Shown in pieces: positions 7,802 through 15,842 of a stretch of 32,411 nucleotides of DNA. The position numbers were made by a program, and so were the translations under genes. This DNA comes from a virus. Lineage: Duplodnaviria > Caudoviricetes. Under the pieces are notes generated by a model that was not told the origin of the DNA, did not search any database, and saw only the letters and a list, made by a program, of their open reading frames with translations. Location: IMG/VR virus record IMGVR_UViG_3300024988_000224, positions 1-32,411 of that record, one strand, 5' to 3'. Within the stretch, counting starts at the first letter, position 1. Each line of letters begins with the position of its first letter.

Positions 7802-10800
7802 TTAGTATCGCATGCGCCTACGGATCATTGCCTCATTGTCCTGCCACTCGGCCTCAGCGATATACTTGCGGACCATCTCACGCAGGATTCTCGCCATGCG
7901 TGGGTGCTCGAACTCGCAAGCTTTGGCCCAGCCCTCATATTGATCCGCCAGCTCTCGCTCTTGCGCTCCGCCTTCACCCCGCCAAGTCGCACCGCGGGCA
8001 TTGTAGCGCCCAATTGTGATGCCGCGCTCAATCTCGACGCTATACAAATCATTGACGGCCTCCCGTACAGGTTCACAAGGCCATGATCCATCTTCTCCCA
8101 AAGGGGCGTGTGCGAGGATTTCCCCGATCTGATAATCAAGCATGGCGCGATGACCCGTTGGCTCACTGATGCGCCTTGCCTCGATAATCCATTCCTTCAG
8201 TTTCTCTGCGTGGATGACACCGTGTTCATCAACCCCAGGCACTGAAGAAAGTGCGTCAATAAAGGTGTTGGCGTTTCTGGCGGCCGTCTTCTGCTCATCG
8301 GTAGGTTCCGCATCCTTGGGTTCGTTCTTTCCCCTGTAGGCCATGCGAATGGCCTCGCAGAATAGAGATGGGTTGTCGTTTACCTCGGCCTCAAGGTTAG
8401 GAATACGCCCTCTATCGAACCTAAAGGCCTCCAGATACAGGAACTCCAGACCAGCCATCCTCTCGCGGCCAATTGTGCCGCGCGAATTGAGGATCTTGAA
8501 CACCTCCTCAATGGAGTGTCGATCCATCGAGGATGCTCCCCGCTCAGCTTCGTCGCTTCGGGGAAGAGCCTGCAGGATTTCGTAGAGCTGCTCGGACTCG
8601 ATGTTTTTCAGGTCCAGATGGACGAATTGCAGCGCCGTTAGACCGCGTCGGGCTTCAATTAGTTTTGTTACAGCGTAGCGTAGCTCATCCTCTGTCTGCC
8701 TTGCCCAGTGTGCGGACACAGTCCTCCAGTACCCTTCGGACACTGCGCGGCTTGAAGCTTCCACAGCGTCCCAAACTGTCTGCCCAAACCGGCAAAGGCA
8801 GAACAGGCGCACCAGCTGATCATCGGTCAGTTCGCCGCGCAATCCATTGATAAAGCCAACCGCGTTCTTGTCACCCAACGAGAAAAAGAAGCCGCCCAGC
8901 AGGAACTGTAGCTTGGTCGAAGTCAGGAAGTCGGAATCGCCAACGATGCGCCGGATAAAGGCGAGCTGATCCGCCTCGGAGCTCATGATCTGCGCGAGGT
9001 TGTTACCCACTAAGTGCGAAGCATTCCCAGAAAGAGCAAGGCGTACGGCACCAGTAACACCTTCCTGCGCCAACACAGCTTCGACGCCCGCCTTTCGTTG
9101 GTTGGCGATGCGCACGTCTCGTGCCTCGAAGTCGTGCTCGTCTTCGTGGATATCTTCCCACGAGTTCTCTACCCATGAATTCTTGAACAGCCACGCGTGC
9201 TTCCAGACGATATCGCTAGGCTCCAACTCGTCATAGATATCGCGGGCCTTGTTTACCTTGGCTTGCGTGGCCGTCTTCGGCGCTCCCTTCTTGCTCAGGC
9301 GGCGGGCACTCCTACTAACACCCATGCGGATTTGCTCCCTCAACCAAGCCCGATCCTCGTCGGTGGCCGCTTTTGCCCAGTCCACCACGCGATCCCACAC
9401 GCGTGCGCGATACTCGTCTCCAAAACCCTCCAGGCTATCCACCAAATCTGCAAGTTTCTCTCTTGTCATTGGCGTCCAAGAAAGGGCTACTTCAAGGCAG
9501 TGTTTTTCAAATTTCCAGCGCTCTCCGTTGGTCACCACTTCGCCGCTACCAAAGGCATAGTCCCTCCATTTCGGCTTGACGCTGTAGTGGCCGGTCCGCG
9601 ACCGTGAGTCATACTGGTCCCTCGCAACCGCCCATCCGACTTCGGGAAAGTGCTTCACCAACTGATCCAGGGCTGCAATCCGCTGCTTTACGTTGGCGGA
9701 GGTTTGGGGCATCCAGCTACGGAAGATCGAAAGCAGGCTTTGCTTCGCACTGTTGCCGCTACGATCCTCAGGCTCTAGTTCGCAAAGCTTTGCAAGCACA
9801 TCCACGACACGCTGGAGGTATTCCGGCGACCATGCCAACAAATCCAGTGCCCACAGCAGGCCAACTCTAGGATTTCTGGAAAACAGGGGGTCACCGACCG
9901 GGCGCATCAAGACCTGTGTGCTCGGATCATTTCTGGCCAAGTCCCGCTCGATAATGCCCAGGAACTCTTCGGGCGCGGCCTCAGCATACCGCTGGAATTC
10001 ATCGGATTGAGACTCAATTGTCTCGCCGTCCATGCTAGCGAAGAGCTTTCTCACCAGTAGCGTTGCCTGAGATTGAGTATCCACCCCCAGCTTGCTCCTG
10101 AAGAGCCCGTTGCCGTGCATCGCCAGAATAACCAAGCTATCGGCGATGCCTTCTCGCAGCGCAGAAGAGATGTCGCGGGTCTTGCCATGGATACTCGCTG
10201 CCCAGCGTTCACCTTCTGGAAGGTCGAGTGAAGGATCGGGCTCCGAAAGCACAAGGTCAGCAGCCTGATAGAAGCGCTCAAGATCCTCCGGCGTCACCCA
10301 TTGATGGACCGCGTAGAGGGCGTCAATCTTGGACACGACCCCTCGGAAGGATCCTATCGACCAGACGGGCGAACTCTCGATTGGGAGAAGATCGCCGAAC
10401 TCCCTCTCGACCTCCGCATATCTGTCCTCACCCATCAAATGGCAAAGGACAATTCGGTCAGCTTCGTTGTCATTCTTCCATGCACCTGCCAGCATGAAAG
10501 GAAACACTGAGCGCGCAAGCGCCTTGTCAGCGCTCCATGCCGGTGACTTGATTGCCTGATCTCGCGCTAGGCGGCGGCGCAGCACCGTGAGAGACCGTCC
10601 CGACTCGTCCTTGAGGCGTTCTATCGCATCGCCACCCAGCCCCATCGTTTCGAGGCCTTTGCGGAATGCTTCGCCGCTGAGCGTATCAAGAACAATATCC
10701 GCCTCGCTCTGTACCATAGTGCGCGGCACGATTGATATTCCACCAAGACGAGTTCCCGTCTCGGCCAGTTCCACCTCGGTTTCGCGGTTCGTAACGATCG

Positions 10801-11878
10801 GTATGAAGCGGGATGACTTGTTGGCGAGTTCGGTTAGCGGCCCGGCTTCAGAGAAGACGACTACGCGGTCGCGTATCGCGGCAAGCTCAGGGTCATCTCC
10901 GCTCAACATCGCGTAAACAAACGCAAGACCTTCCAGCACGGAGTCTGACGCGATCCGAAGCGTTCGATCCGCCCCTCGCAAATGTGTAAGGAGCTTCTTG
11001 CCAGCAATAATAGACGCTTCATCAAATATGTTCGGCGTAAAGGCCGGGTCGCAATCCGCATTCCACTTCACCCAGCAACGCTCAAGTGACTTCGTGCCAC
11101 GAAAGTCTTTGCCGCATTCGTTGGCAAACCAAACCTGAGCTGGAATGGACTGCGCCATCCATTGTTCAAGGTCGTTGGAGTCCAAAACGACAACATCTTT
11201 CCATTGCCTCGTCGCCAGTTGTGCTGTTGTCCATGCATCCTTTCCTGGCCAGCGCCGGGGTGTAACAAAGACAAATGTTGTCTTGAGCCTCTCAGCTTTG
11301 GGGGTGGATTTCACGCTCTTGGAAAAGTCACCGTCGGCTTTCTCTTTGATATTTCTGTTTGTTCCGAACTCCCAGCCGGACGCGCCGGCAGGTATCCACG
11401 GATTTCCTGCCTGCGTCTCGATCTTCCCGTCCCAGCCGGGGCGTTGGGAATCATCATGAGCCGGGAAGTTCACTTTCCGTAGGCCGTCACAGGTTGAGTG
11501 AACTAGCATCCTCAACAATGCGGCTAGTTTGGCGCGCGAATCCACATTATTTGCCCACTGCTCGATGTCATTTGCCTTCGGGGCAGCAAACGGCGGCACG
11601 AAGCTCCTTACAGCGGCCATGTTTGTCGTCGCCGCGCTTACTCCGGCATCGAAAACACTCTGCATCGCAAGCAGTTCACTCGCGCTCACGCCAAATGCCT
11701 TCTCAAGCTTCATGGCCATTTCACTTGAAAGGCTTGCGTTACCGTTCAGAAGATTCGACAGGGCGGGCCGTCCGACACCAATCGCCTTGGCGGCTTGGGT
11801 TACATTCATTCCCTTTGGGATGACATTGCTCTTGATGTATGGACCGGGATGGGCCGCGTTGGTGATTTTGCTCGACAT
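7802..11878 (-). CDS. 1358-aa protein: HigA-type HTH + restriction-endonuclease-like domain + long alpha-helical region; putative anti-phage protein
   Basis: N-terminal 'HPG.YI...MNVTQAAKAIGVGRPALSNLLNG.ASLSSEMAMKLEKAFG' is HigA-like; 'RPGWDG...GWEFG...KAD.D' is nuclease-like; AGGAG RBS. Confidence 0.8.
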   Translation of the reverse strand: MSSKITNAAHPGPYIKSNVIPKGMNVTQAAKAIGVGRPALSNLLNGNASLSSEMAMKLEKAFGVSASELLAMQSVFDAGVSAATTNMAAVRSFVPPFAAPKANDIEQWANNVDSRAKLAALLRMLVHSTCDGLRKVNFPAHDDSQRPGWDGKIETQAGNPWIPAGASGWEFGTNRNIKEKADGDFSKSVKSTPKAERLKTTFVFVTPRRWPGKDAWTTAQLATRQWKDVVVLDSNDLEQWMAQSIPAQVWFANECGKDFRGTKSLERCWVKWNADCDPAFTPNIFDEASIIAGKKLLTHLRGADRTLRIASDSVLEGLAFVYAMLSGDDPELAAIRDRVVVFSEAGPLTELANKSSRFIPIVTNRETEVELAETGTRLGGISIVPRTMVQSEADIVLDTLSGEAFRKGLETMGLGGDAIERLKDESGRSLTVLRRRLARDQAIKSPAWSADKALARSVFPFMLAGAWKNDNEADRIVLCHLMGEDRYAEVEREFGDLLPIESSPVWSIGSFRGVVSKIDALYAVHQWVTPEDLERFYQAADLVLSEPDPSLDLPEGERWAASIHGKTRDISSALREGIADSLVILAMHGNGLFRSKLGVDTQSQATLLVRKLFASMDGETIESQSDEFQRYAEAAPEEFLGIIERDLARNDPSTQVLMRPVGDPLFSRNPRVGLLWALDLLAWSPEYLQRVVDVLAKLCELEPEDRSGNSAKQSLLSIFRSWMPQTSANVKQRIAALDQLVKHFPEVGWAVARDQYDSRSRTGHYSVKPKWRDYAFGSGEVVTNGERWKFEKHCLEVALSWTPMTREKLADLVDSLEGFGDEYRARVWDRVVDWAKAATDEDRAWLREQIRMGVSRSARRLSKKGAPKTATQAKVNKARDIYDELEPSDIVWKHAWLFKNSWVENSWEDIHEDEHDFEARDVRIANQRKAGVEAVLAQEGVTGAVRLALSGNASHLVGNNLAQIMSSEADQLAFIRRIVGDSDFLTSTKLQFLLGGFFFSLGDKNAVGFINGLRGELTDDQLVRLFCLCRFGQTVWDAVEASSRAVSEGYWRTVSAHWARQTEDELRYAVTKLIEARRGLTALQFVHLDLKNIESEQLYEILQALPRSDEAERGASSMDRHSIEEVFKILNSRGTIGRERMAGLEFLYLEAFRFDRGRIPNLEAEVNDNPSLFCEAIRMAYRGKNEPKDAEPTDEQKTAARNANTFIDALSSVPGVDEHGVIHAEKLKEWIIEARRISEPTGHRAMLDYQIGEILAHAPLGEDGSWPCEPVREAVNDLYSVEIERGITIGRYNARGATWRGEGGAQERELADQYEGWAKACEFEHPRMARILREMVRKYIAEAEWQDNEAMIRRRMRY

Positions 11879-11910
11879 AATCCACTCCTACAGCGAGTCC
11901 CCTTACGGCA

Positions 11911-11939
11911 ACTGTATTGTGTAGCGCTACACAATACAA
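11911..11939 (-). promoter_or_regulatory. Sigma70 promoter overlapped by a perfect 26-bp palindromic operator
   Basis: TTGTAT-N17-TACAGT on - strand; palindrome TGTATTGTGTAGC|GCTACACAATACA at 11913-11938. Confidence 0.8.
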
Positions 11940-12112
11940 CAAATTTGTGGATTGCATGTTTCATGCCTCGGCGCCTCCCGCCTTTGCTCGAGAATAGCGC
12001 TCAGTTGGAGGGCGGCTTTTACAGTTGGCAAGGAACGAGTTCGCACCTGCGGCGAACTTCGGCTTTCCGCCCCATGCTGACACCATTTGGGCAATGAATC
12101 ATCGGCTTCGCG

Positions 12113-12940
12113 TCATGTCGCGGCGGGAATCAGAAAATTCGACACCAGCAGCTCGGCCCGCGCCCCGGCCTGGTCGTTGCCTGTGCGGCTGATGGTGTAG
12201 CTGGTGGTCACGCCGGTCAGCTGGAAGCGGCCGAAGATCTCGCGGATATCGGGAACGTCGTTGATCGACAGGATGAACCGGCCTTTCAGCCTGGCCAGAA
12301 CATCCGCCATCCGGCCGAAATCCTCGCGGGTGAACAACGCCTTGCCGTAATCCCCCTCGCAGCCCCAGTAGGGCGGGTCGAGGTAGAACAGCGTTCCCTC
12401 GCGGTCGTAGCGGGGGATGAAATCGGCCCAGTCCAGGCATTCGATGATCACGCCGGACAGGCGGCTGTGCAGATCTTCCAGCATCGGTTCCAGCGTGGTC
12501 AGATTGAACCGTGCTGGCCGATCCGTCTGCACACCAAAATTCCGGCCGGAAATCTTGCCGCCGAAGGCCGTGCGCTGAAGGTAGAGGAACCGCGCTGCGC
12601 GCTCGAGGTCGGTCAGCGTTTCGGGGTTGGTATCGACCAGCCGGTTGAACTCGGCCCGCGTGGTCAGCTGGAACCGCAAGGTGTCGAGGAACTGCGGGTA
12701 ATGCCGCTGGAGGATGCGGAACAGGTTGGCGATGTCGCGGCCCTTGTCATTGATCACCTCGCAGCGCGGTCGCGTCGCGCGGCGCAGGAAGATCCCGCCC
12801 ATGCCAACGAAGGGCTCGGCATAGGTGGTGCAGGCGGTGCGGTCGATGACCCCGCAGATCCGCTTGGCCAGATTGCGTTTGCCGCCCAGCCAGGGGGCGG
12901 GCGGAGAGACGGGTTCAACGGGCGTTGAAGGGCTGTTCAT
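12113..12940 (-). CDS. Phage DNA adenine methyltransferase (Dam/D12 class)
   Basis: 'PWLGGKRNLA', 'YAEPFVGMGG', 'EVIND', 'FYLDPPY' motifs; start set at ATG 12940 after AAGGA. Confidence 0.93.
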   Translation of the reverse strand: MNSPSTPVEPVSPPAPWLGGKRNLAKRICGVIDRTACTTYAEPFVGMGGIFLRRATRPRCEVINDKGRDIANLFRILQRHYPQFLDTLRFQLTTRAEFNRLVDTNPETLTDLERAARFLYLQRTAFGGKISGRNFGVQTDRPARFNLTTLEPMLEDLHSRLSGVIIECLDWADFIPRYDREGTLFYLDPPYWGCEGDYGKALFTREDFGRMADVLARLKGRFILSINDVPDIREIFGRFQLTGVTTSYTISRTGNDQAGARAELLVSNFLIPAAT

Positions 12941-12967
12941 ACGGATGTTCCTTGTCAATATTGCGAG

Positions 12968-12982
12968 GAACATAAAGTGAAC
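12968..12982 (-). promoter_or_regulatory. Alphaproteobacterial LexA (SOS) box
   Basis: GTTC-ACTTTAT-GTTC on - strand is an exact GTTC-N7-GTTC, 28 bp upstream of the MTase ATG in an AT-rich gap. Confidence 0.78.
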
Positions 12983-13029
12983 AATCTGCAAGGTCAGATA
13001 TTGACTGTCAGCTTCGCGCTGAAACTGCA

Positions 13030-13743
13030 TCAATCTCTGTTCGTGTGACCCCACCAGACTACTTTGCCGATGATGTTGCTTTCGGCCCCCTCGGTTAGTT
13101 GCATAATTCGAGGTAGGTAGTCGGGATTGTCACTGACCAGTAGCAGTTGGTCTTCGGCAGGTCGAAGCAGCCGCTTAACCTGAGCACCATCTGTGCCGCG
13201 CAGCGCGAAAATCGGGGCACGATGCCGAACATCAATCGTATGGGCGGTGCGCAAAGGCGGAGTTCGTTTGCTGGTATCGATAAGCACCACATCGCCGGGG
13301 GCGATTGTTGGCATCATACTGTCGCCCTGCACACGGGCCAGCCGTGCAGCCGAGGTGTTGATGCCCTCACGCTTAAGCCAGTCACGCTTAAACGCCATGT
13401 GTTCAACGACGTGTTCAGTGCTGTTTTCCATGCCACCGCCAGCAGCCAGTGATGCGTCATGGAGCGGGATTTGCGCATAGTCCGAGCCATTGATCATGAC
13501 TTGTTGGACCGGTCCTGTTTCCCGTGGCGGGCCAAAGTAACATTCTAGCCCCAGAACATCTGCCAACTTTTGCAGCGCATGGAAGTTCGTCCGGCGATCT
13601 TCAGGGGATGTGGCTCGGGAAGAGCGTAGATTCTTGATCAGCGCATAGTTCCCAACTGCGAGTTTCGACGCAGCTGCATCAGACAGGCCCTTCCGGGCCA
13701 GCGCTGCATCAATCGTCGATAGGAGCTCGTCCATTGGGTCCAT
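13030..13743 (-). CDS. Prophage repressor, HTH + S24 peptidase (CI/LexA-like)
   Basis: Ala-Gly cleavage site 'LAAGGG', catalytic Ser 'GDSM.P', Lys 'VKRL', C-terminal 'IIGKVVW'; divergent from the early operon. Confidence 0.92.
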   Translation of the reverse strand: MDPMDELLSTIDAALARKGLSDAAASKLAVGNYALIKNLRSSRATSPEDRRTNFHALQKLADVLGLECYFGPPRETGPVQQVMINGSDYAQIPLHDASLAAGGGMENSTEHVVEHMAFKRDWLKREGINTSAARLARVQGDSMMPTIAPGDVVLIDTSKRTPPLRTAHTIDVRHRAPIFALRGTDGAQVKRLLRPAEDQLLLVSDNPDYLPRIMQLTEGAESNIIGKVVWWGHTNRD

Positions 13744-13754
13744 TCGACTTCTGT

Positions 13755-13827
13755 TAGCCGATTCGGGCTAAATCGACAATACATAGCCGATACGGGCTTG
13801 AATATATCGGCCCGTATCGGCTAATTT
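13755..13827. promoter_or_regulatory. Lysis/lysogeny switch: three operators and the early promoter
   Basis: TAGCCGATWCGGGC at 13755-13768, 13784-13797 and inverted at 13810-13823; TTGAAT-N18-TAATTT (13798-13827). Confidence 0.85.
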
Positions 13828-13833
13828 TGCTGT

Positions 13834-14079
13834 ATGGAACAGAAGCAAGCCCTCATCATTCTCGCGGACACGCTGGCCAAGCACCAAGGCGTGACGCACT
13901 TCGCGATCTCGATGCGCGCCCTCGGCAAGGGCGACTTCTTCAAAAAGCTGAAAGGCGGCGGGGATTGCCGCACTGCGACTGCCGCCCGTGTTCTTGCGTG
14001 GCTTGATCAGTATTGGCCGATCGATCTCGCATGGCCCTCTGACATCTCGCGCCCCTCGAAATCGAAGGATGCCGCGTGA
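13834..14079 (+). CDS. Ner/Cro-like small DNA-binding protein
   Basis: 81 aa, first gene divergent from the repressor, resembles the repressor's N-terminal domain. Confidence 0.75.
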   Translation: MEQKQALIILADTLAKHQGVTHFAISMRALGKGDFFKKLKGGGDCRTATAARVLAWLDQYWPIDLAWPSDISRPSKSKDAA

Positions 14080-14336
14080 TGTCGTTTCAACCCTTTTCGC
14101 CGGGGTCGGTTGGCCCCTGCCGCGGCGAGGGCCGCCCCGATCCGGCTGGTAAGGCAGTCCGGCTGGATCGGGGTGTGCCGCGCCCGTCGCTCTGGCGGCG
14201 CCTGCGCGCGCTGGATGACCGCATCAATGATTGCTGGATCGGTGACCTCCTCGGCATCGCCTCGCTGGTGGCGCTGGTGGTCTGCACGCCGGTCCTGCTG
14301 CCCATGTTCATCATCATTTTCGGAGGAAACCCGTGA
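14076..14336 (+). CDS. Hypothetical early protein with C-terminal TM helix
   Basis: GTGA overlaps on both sides; hydrophobic C-terminus. Confidence 0.6.
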   Translation: MMSFQPFSPGSVGPCRGEGRPDPAGKAVRLDRGVPRPSLWRRLRALDDRINDCWIGDLLGIASLVALVVCTPVLLPMFIIIFGGNP

Positions 14337-14584
14337 AGGATCACATCGAACCCCTGTCGAAGTGCCAGTTGTTTGAGGCCATCCGCCACCACGCGAAAAT
14401 CTATCGCGAGCAGGATCGCCTGCACGGTGATGCCGTGATTGCAGGCAATCTGGATTTGGCTGACTCGCACCTTGAGGCGTCCAGCGATGCCTTTGCCGAG
14501 TGCGTCTTTGCCATGGCCATGGCCGAGGAATGCGGGCTGATGGACGAGCTGGCCGGTTTCCTGACCGCCAGCTACGGGGGCTGA
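14333..14584 (+). CDS. Hypothetical early protein
   Basis: GGAGG RBS, coupled within the early operon. Confidence 0.65.
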   Translation: MKDHIEPLSKCQLFEAIRHHAKIYREQDRLHGDAVIAGNLDLADSHLEASSDAFAECVFAMAMAEECGLMDELAGFLTASYGG

Positions 14585-14588
14585 GGCG

Positions 14589-14912
14589 ATGCTTGGCACC
14601 TTCAGCGCCCCCGAACAGCGGTTCCACGTCGAGCGGATCGGCGGCCGGCTCCGGGTGATCAGCCCCGAAGGCAAGCTTGTCGGGCCGCCCTTCGAAAGCC
14701 GCCGGGCCGCCGTGGAGGCCGCGCAGGCGATGCAGGCAGAGGCAGACCGCCATGCCAAACGCGGGCCGCGCCCCTGCATGTGCTGCGGGCGAAACTTCGA
14801 CAGCGAGGGCATCCACAACCGGCTGTGCGCGCATTGCCGCAACCGGGGCGATGCCGCCTCGCTGAGCATTCCGACCAATTCGATAGCGAAGATCCGTCGC
14901 GCGGCGTCGTGA
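14589..14912 (+). CDS. Hypothetical early protein with Zn finger
   Basis: 'RPCMCCGRNFDSEGIHNRLCAHC' CxxC..CxxC motif. Confidence 0.7.
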   Translation: MLGTFSAPEQRFHVERIGGRLRVISPEGKLVGPPFESRRAAVEAAQAMQAEADRHAKRGPRPCMCCGRNFDSEGIHNRLCAHCRNRGDAASLSIPTNSIAKIRRAAS

Positions 14913-14936
14913 CGGCGAAGACCAAGGGGCCAAACC

Positions 14937-15842
14937 GTGAAACCACCGACCTTGATGCAGCAGAACCGGGTGCGGATCGCCGATATCGTGATCGGTTCCC
15001 GCCTGCGCCCGGTCAGCGCAGCGGGCGTTGAAAGCCTGATCACCTCGATCAGCGAAACCGGGGTGATGAAGGACGCCATTCATCTGCGCAAGAAGAAGGA
15101 TGGCAGCCTGCACCTGCTGGCAGGCGCCCATCGCACCGAAGCCGCCCGGCGTCTGGGCTGGGACGAGATCGAGGCGAAGATCTGGACGGACGTGACCGAC
15201 GACTGGGCGCGACTGATCGAGATTGACGACAACCTTGCCGGTGCCGAAATGAACGCCCTTGATACGGCGGTGTTTCTGGCCACCCGCAAGGCCATCTATG
15301 AGCGCCTGCACCCGGAAACGCGACGTGGCGTTGCCGGTGCCGCTGGGCGTTGGGATGCAACTGAACCAAGTTCAGTTGCATTCGTGAAATCCACTGCCGA
15401 CAAATTCGGCATGACCGAGCGGCAGGTTTTTAAGATCGTCGCCGCCGGTTCCAGACTTGGCCCCGACGAGGTTGCAAGCCTGCGCGCGGCGCCGCGTCAG
15501 GTCAGCCTGAAAGACCTGACCGAAATCGCGAAGATCAGCCAGCCGACGGATCGCTATGATGTGGTGCGCCTGCTGTCCGAAGGGGGCGCGAAATCCGCAG
15601 CCGAGGCCATGCGCAGCCTCAGATCCGGTCTTCAGCCTATCGTAAAAGACCCGGTTGACGAAGAATTCAAGGCGCTTCTGAACGCCTGGTCGCGCGCACG
15701 GCTCGCGGCGCGGCGCCGGTTTGTCGAGGATGTCTTTGCCGACCTTTCACCCCTCGTGACCGCGCAGACCAGCCCCGGCGACGGAGGCGAGGCGGCGGAG
15801 ATCGTGCCGTTCCGGTCGCGGGGTCGGGAGGGGCAGGCATGA
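14937..15842 (+). CDS. ParB N-terminal domain/HTH protein
   Basis: 'RLRPV...L..SI...G...I.L......LLAGAHR.EA.R.LGW..I' ParB box, 'EIDDNL', later HTH 'TADKFGMTERQV'. Confidence 0.85.
   Translation: MKPPTLMQQNRVRIADIVIGSRLRPVSAAGVESLITSISETGVMKDAIHLRKKKDGSLHLLAGAHRTEAARRLGWDEIEAKIWTDVTDDWARLIEIDDNLAGAEMNALDTAVFLATRKAIYERLHPETRRGVAGAAGRWDATEPSSVAFVKSTADKFGMTERQVFKIVAAGSRLGPDEVASLRAAPRQVSLKDLTEIAKISQPTDRYDVVRLLSEGGAKSAAEAMRSLRSGLQPIVKDPVDEEFKALLNAWSRARLAARRRFVEDVFADLSPLVTAQTSPGDGGEAAEIVPFRSRGREGQA
15355..15381. repeat. Perfect 12-bp inverted repeat inside the ParB-like gene
   Basis: ATGCAACTGAAC-CAA-GTTCAGTTGCAT. Confidence 0.8.

Noticed and set aside
11920-11931. TGTAGCG/CGCTACA as a phage end matching 3371-3377
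   Set aside because: It is the centre of the 26-bp promoter palindrome and lacks the internal AAAGCTGCA-type sites
11640-12100. HigBA toxin-antitoxin module
   Set aside because: No HigB/RelE ORF upstream; the HigA-like HTH is only the N-terminus of a 1358-aa protein
12941-13054. 38-aa N-terminal extension of the adenine MTase in the ORF track
   Set aside because: It overlaps the repressor stop and spans the LexA box and RBS; the family motif starts just after ATG 12940
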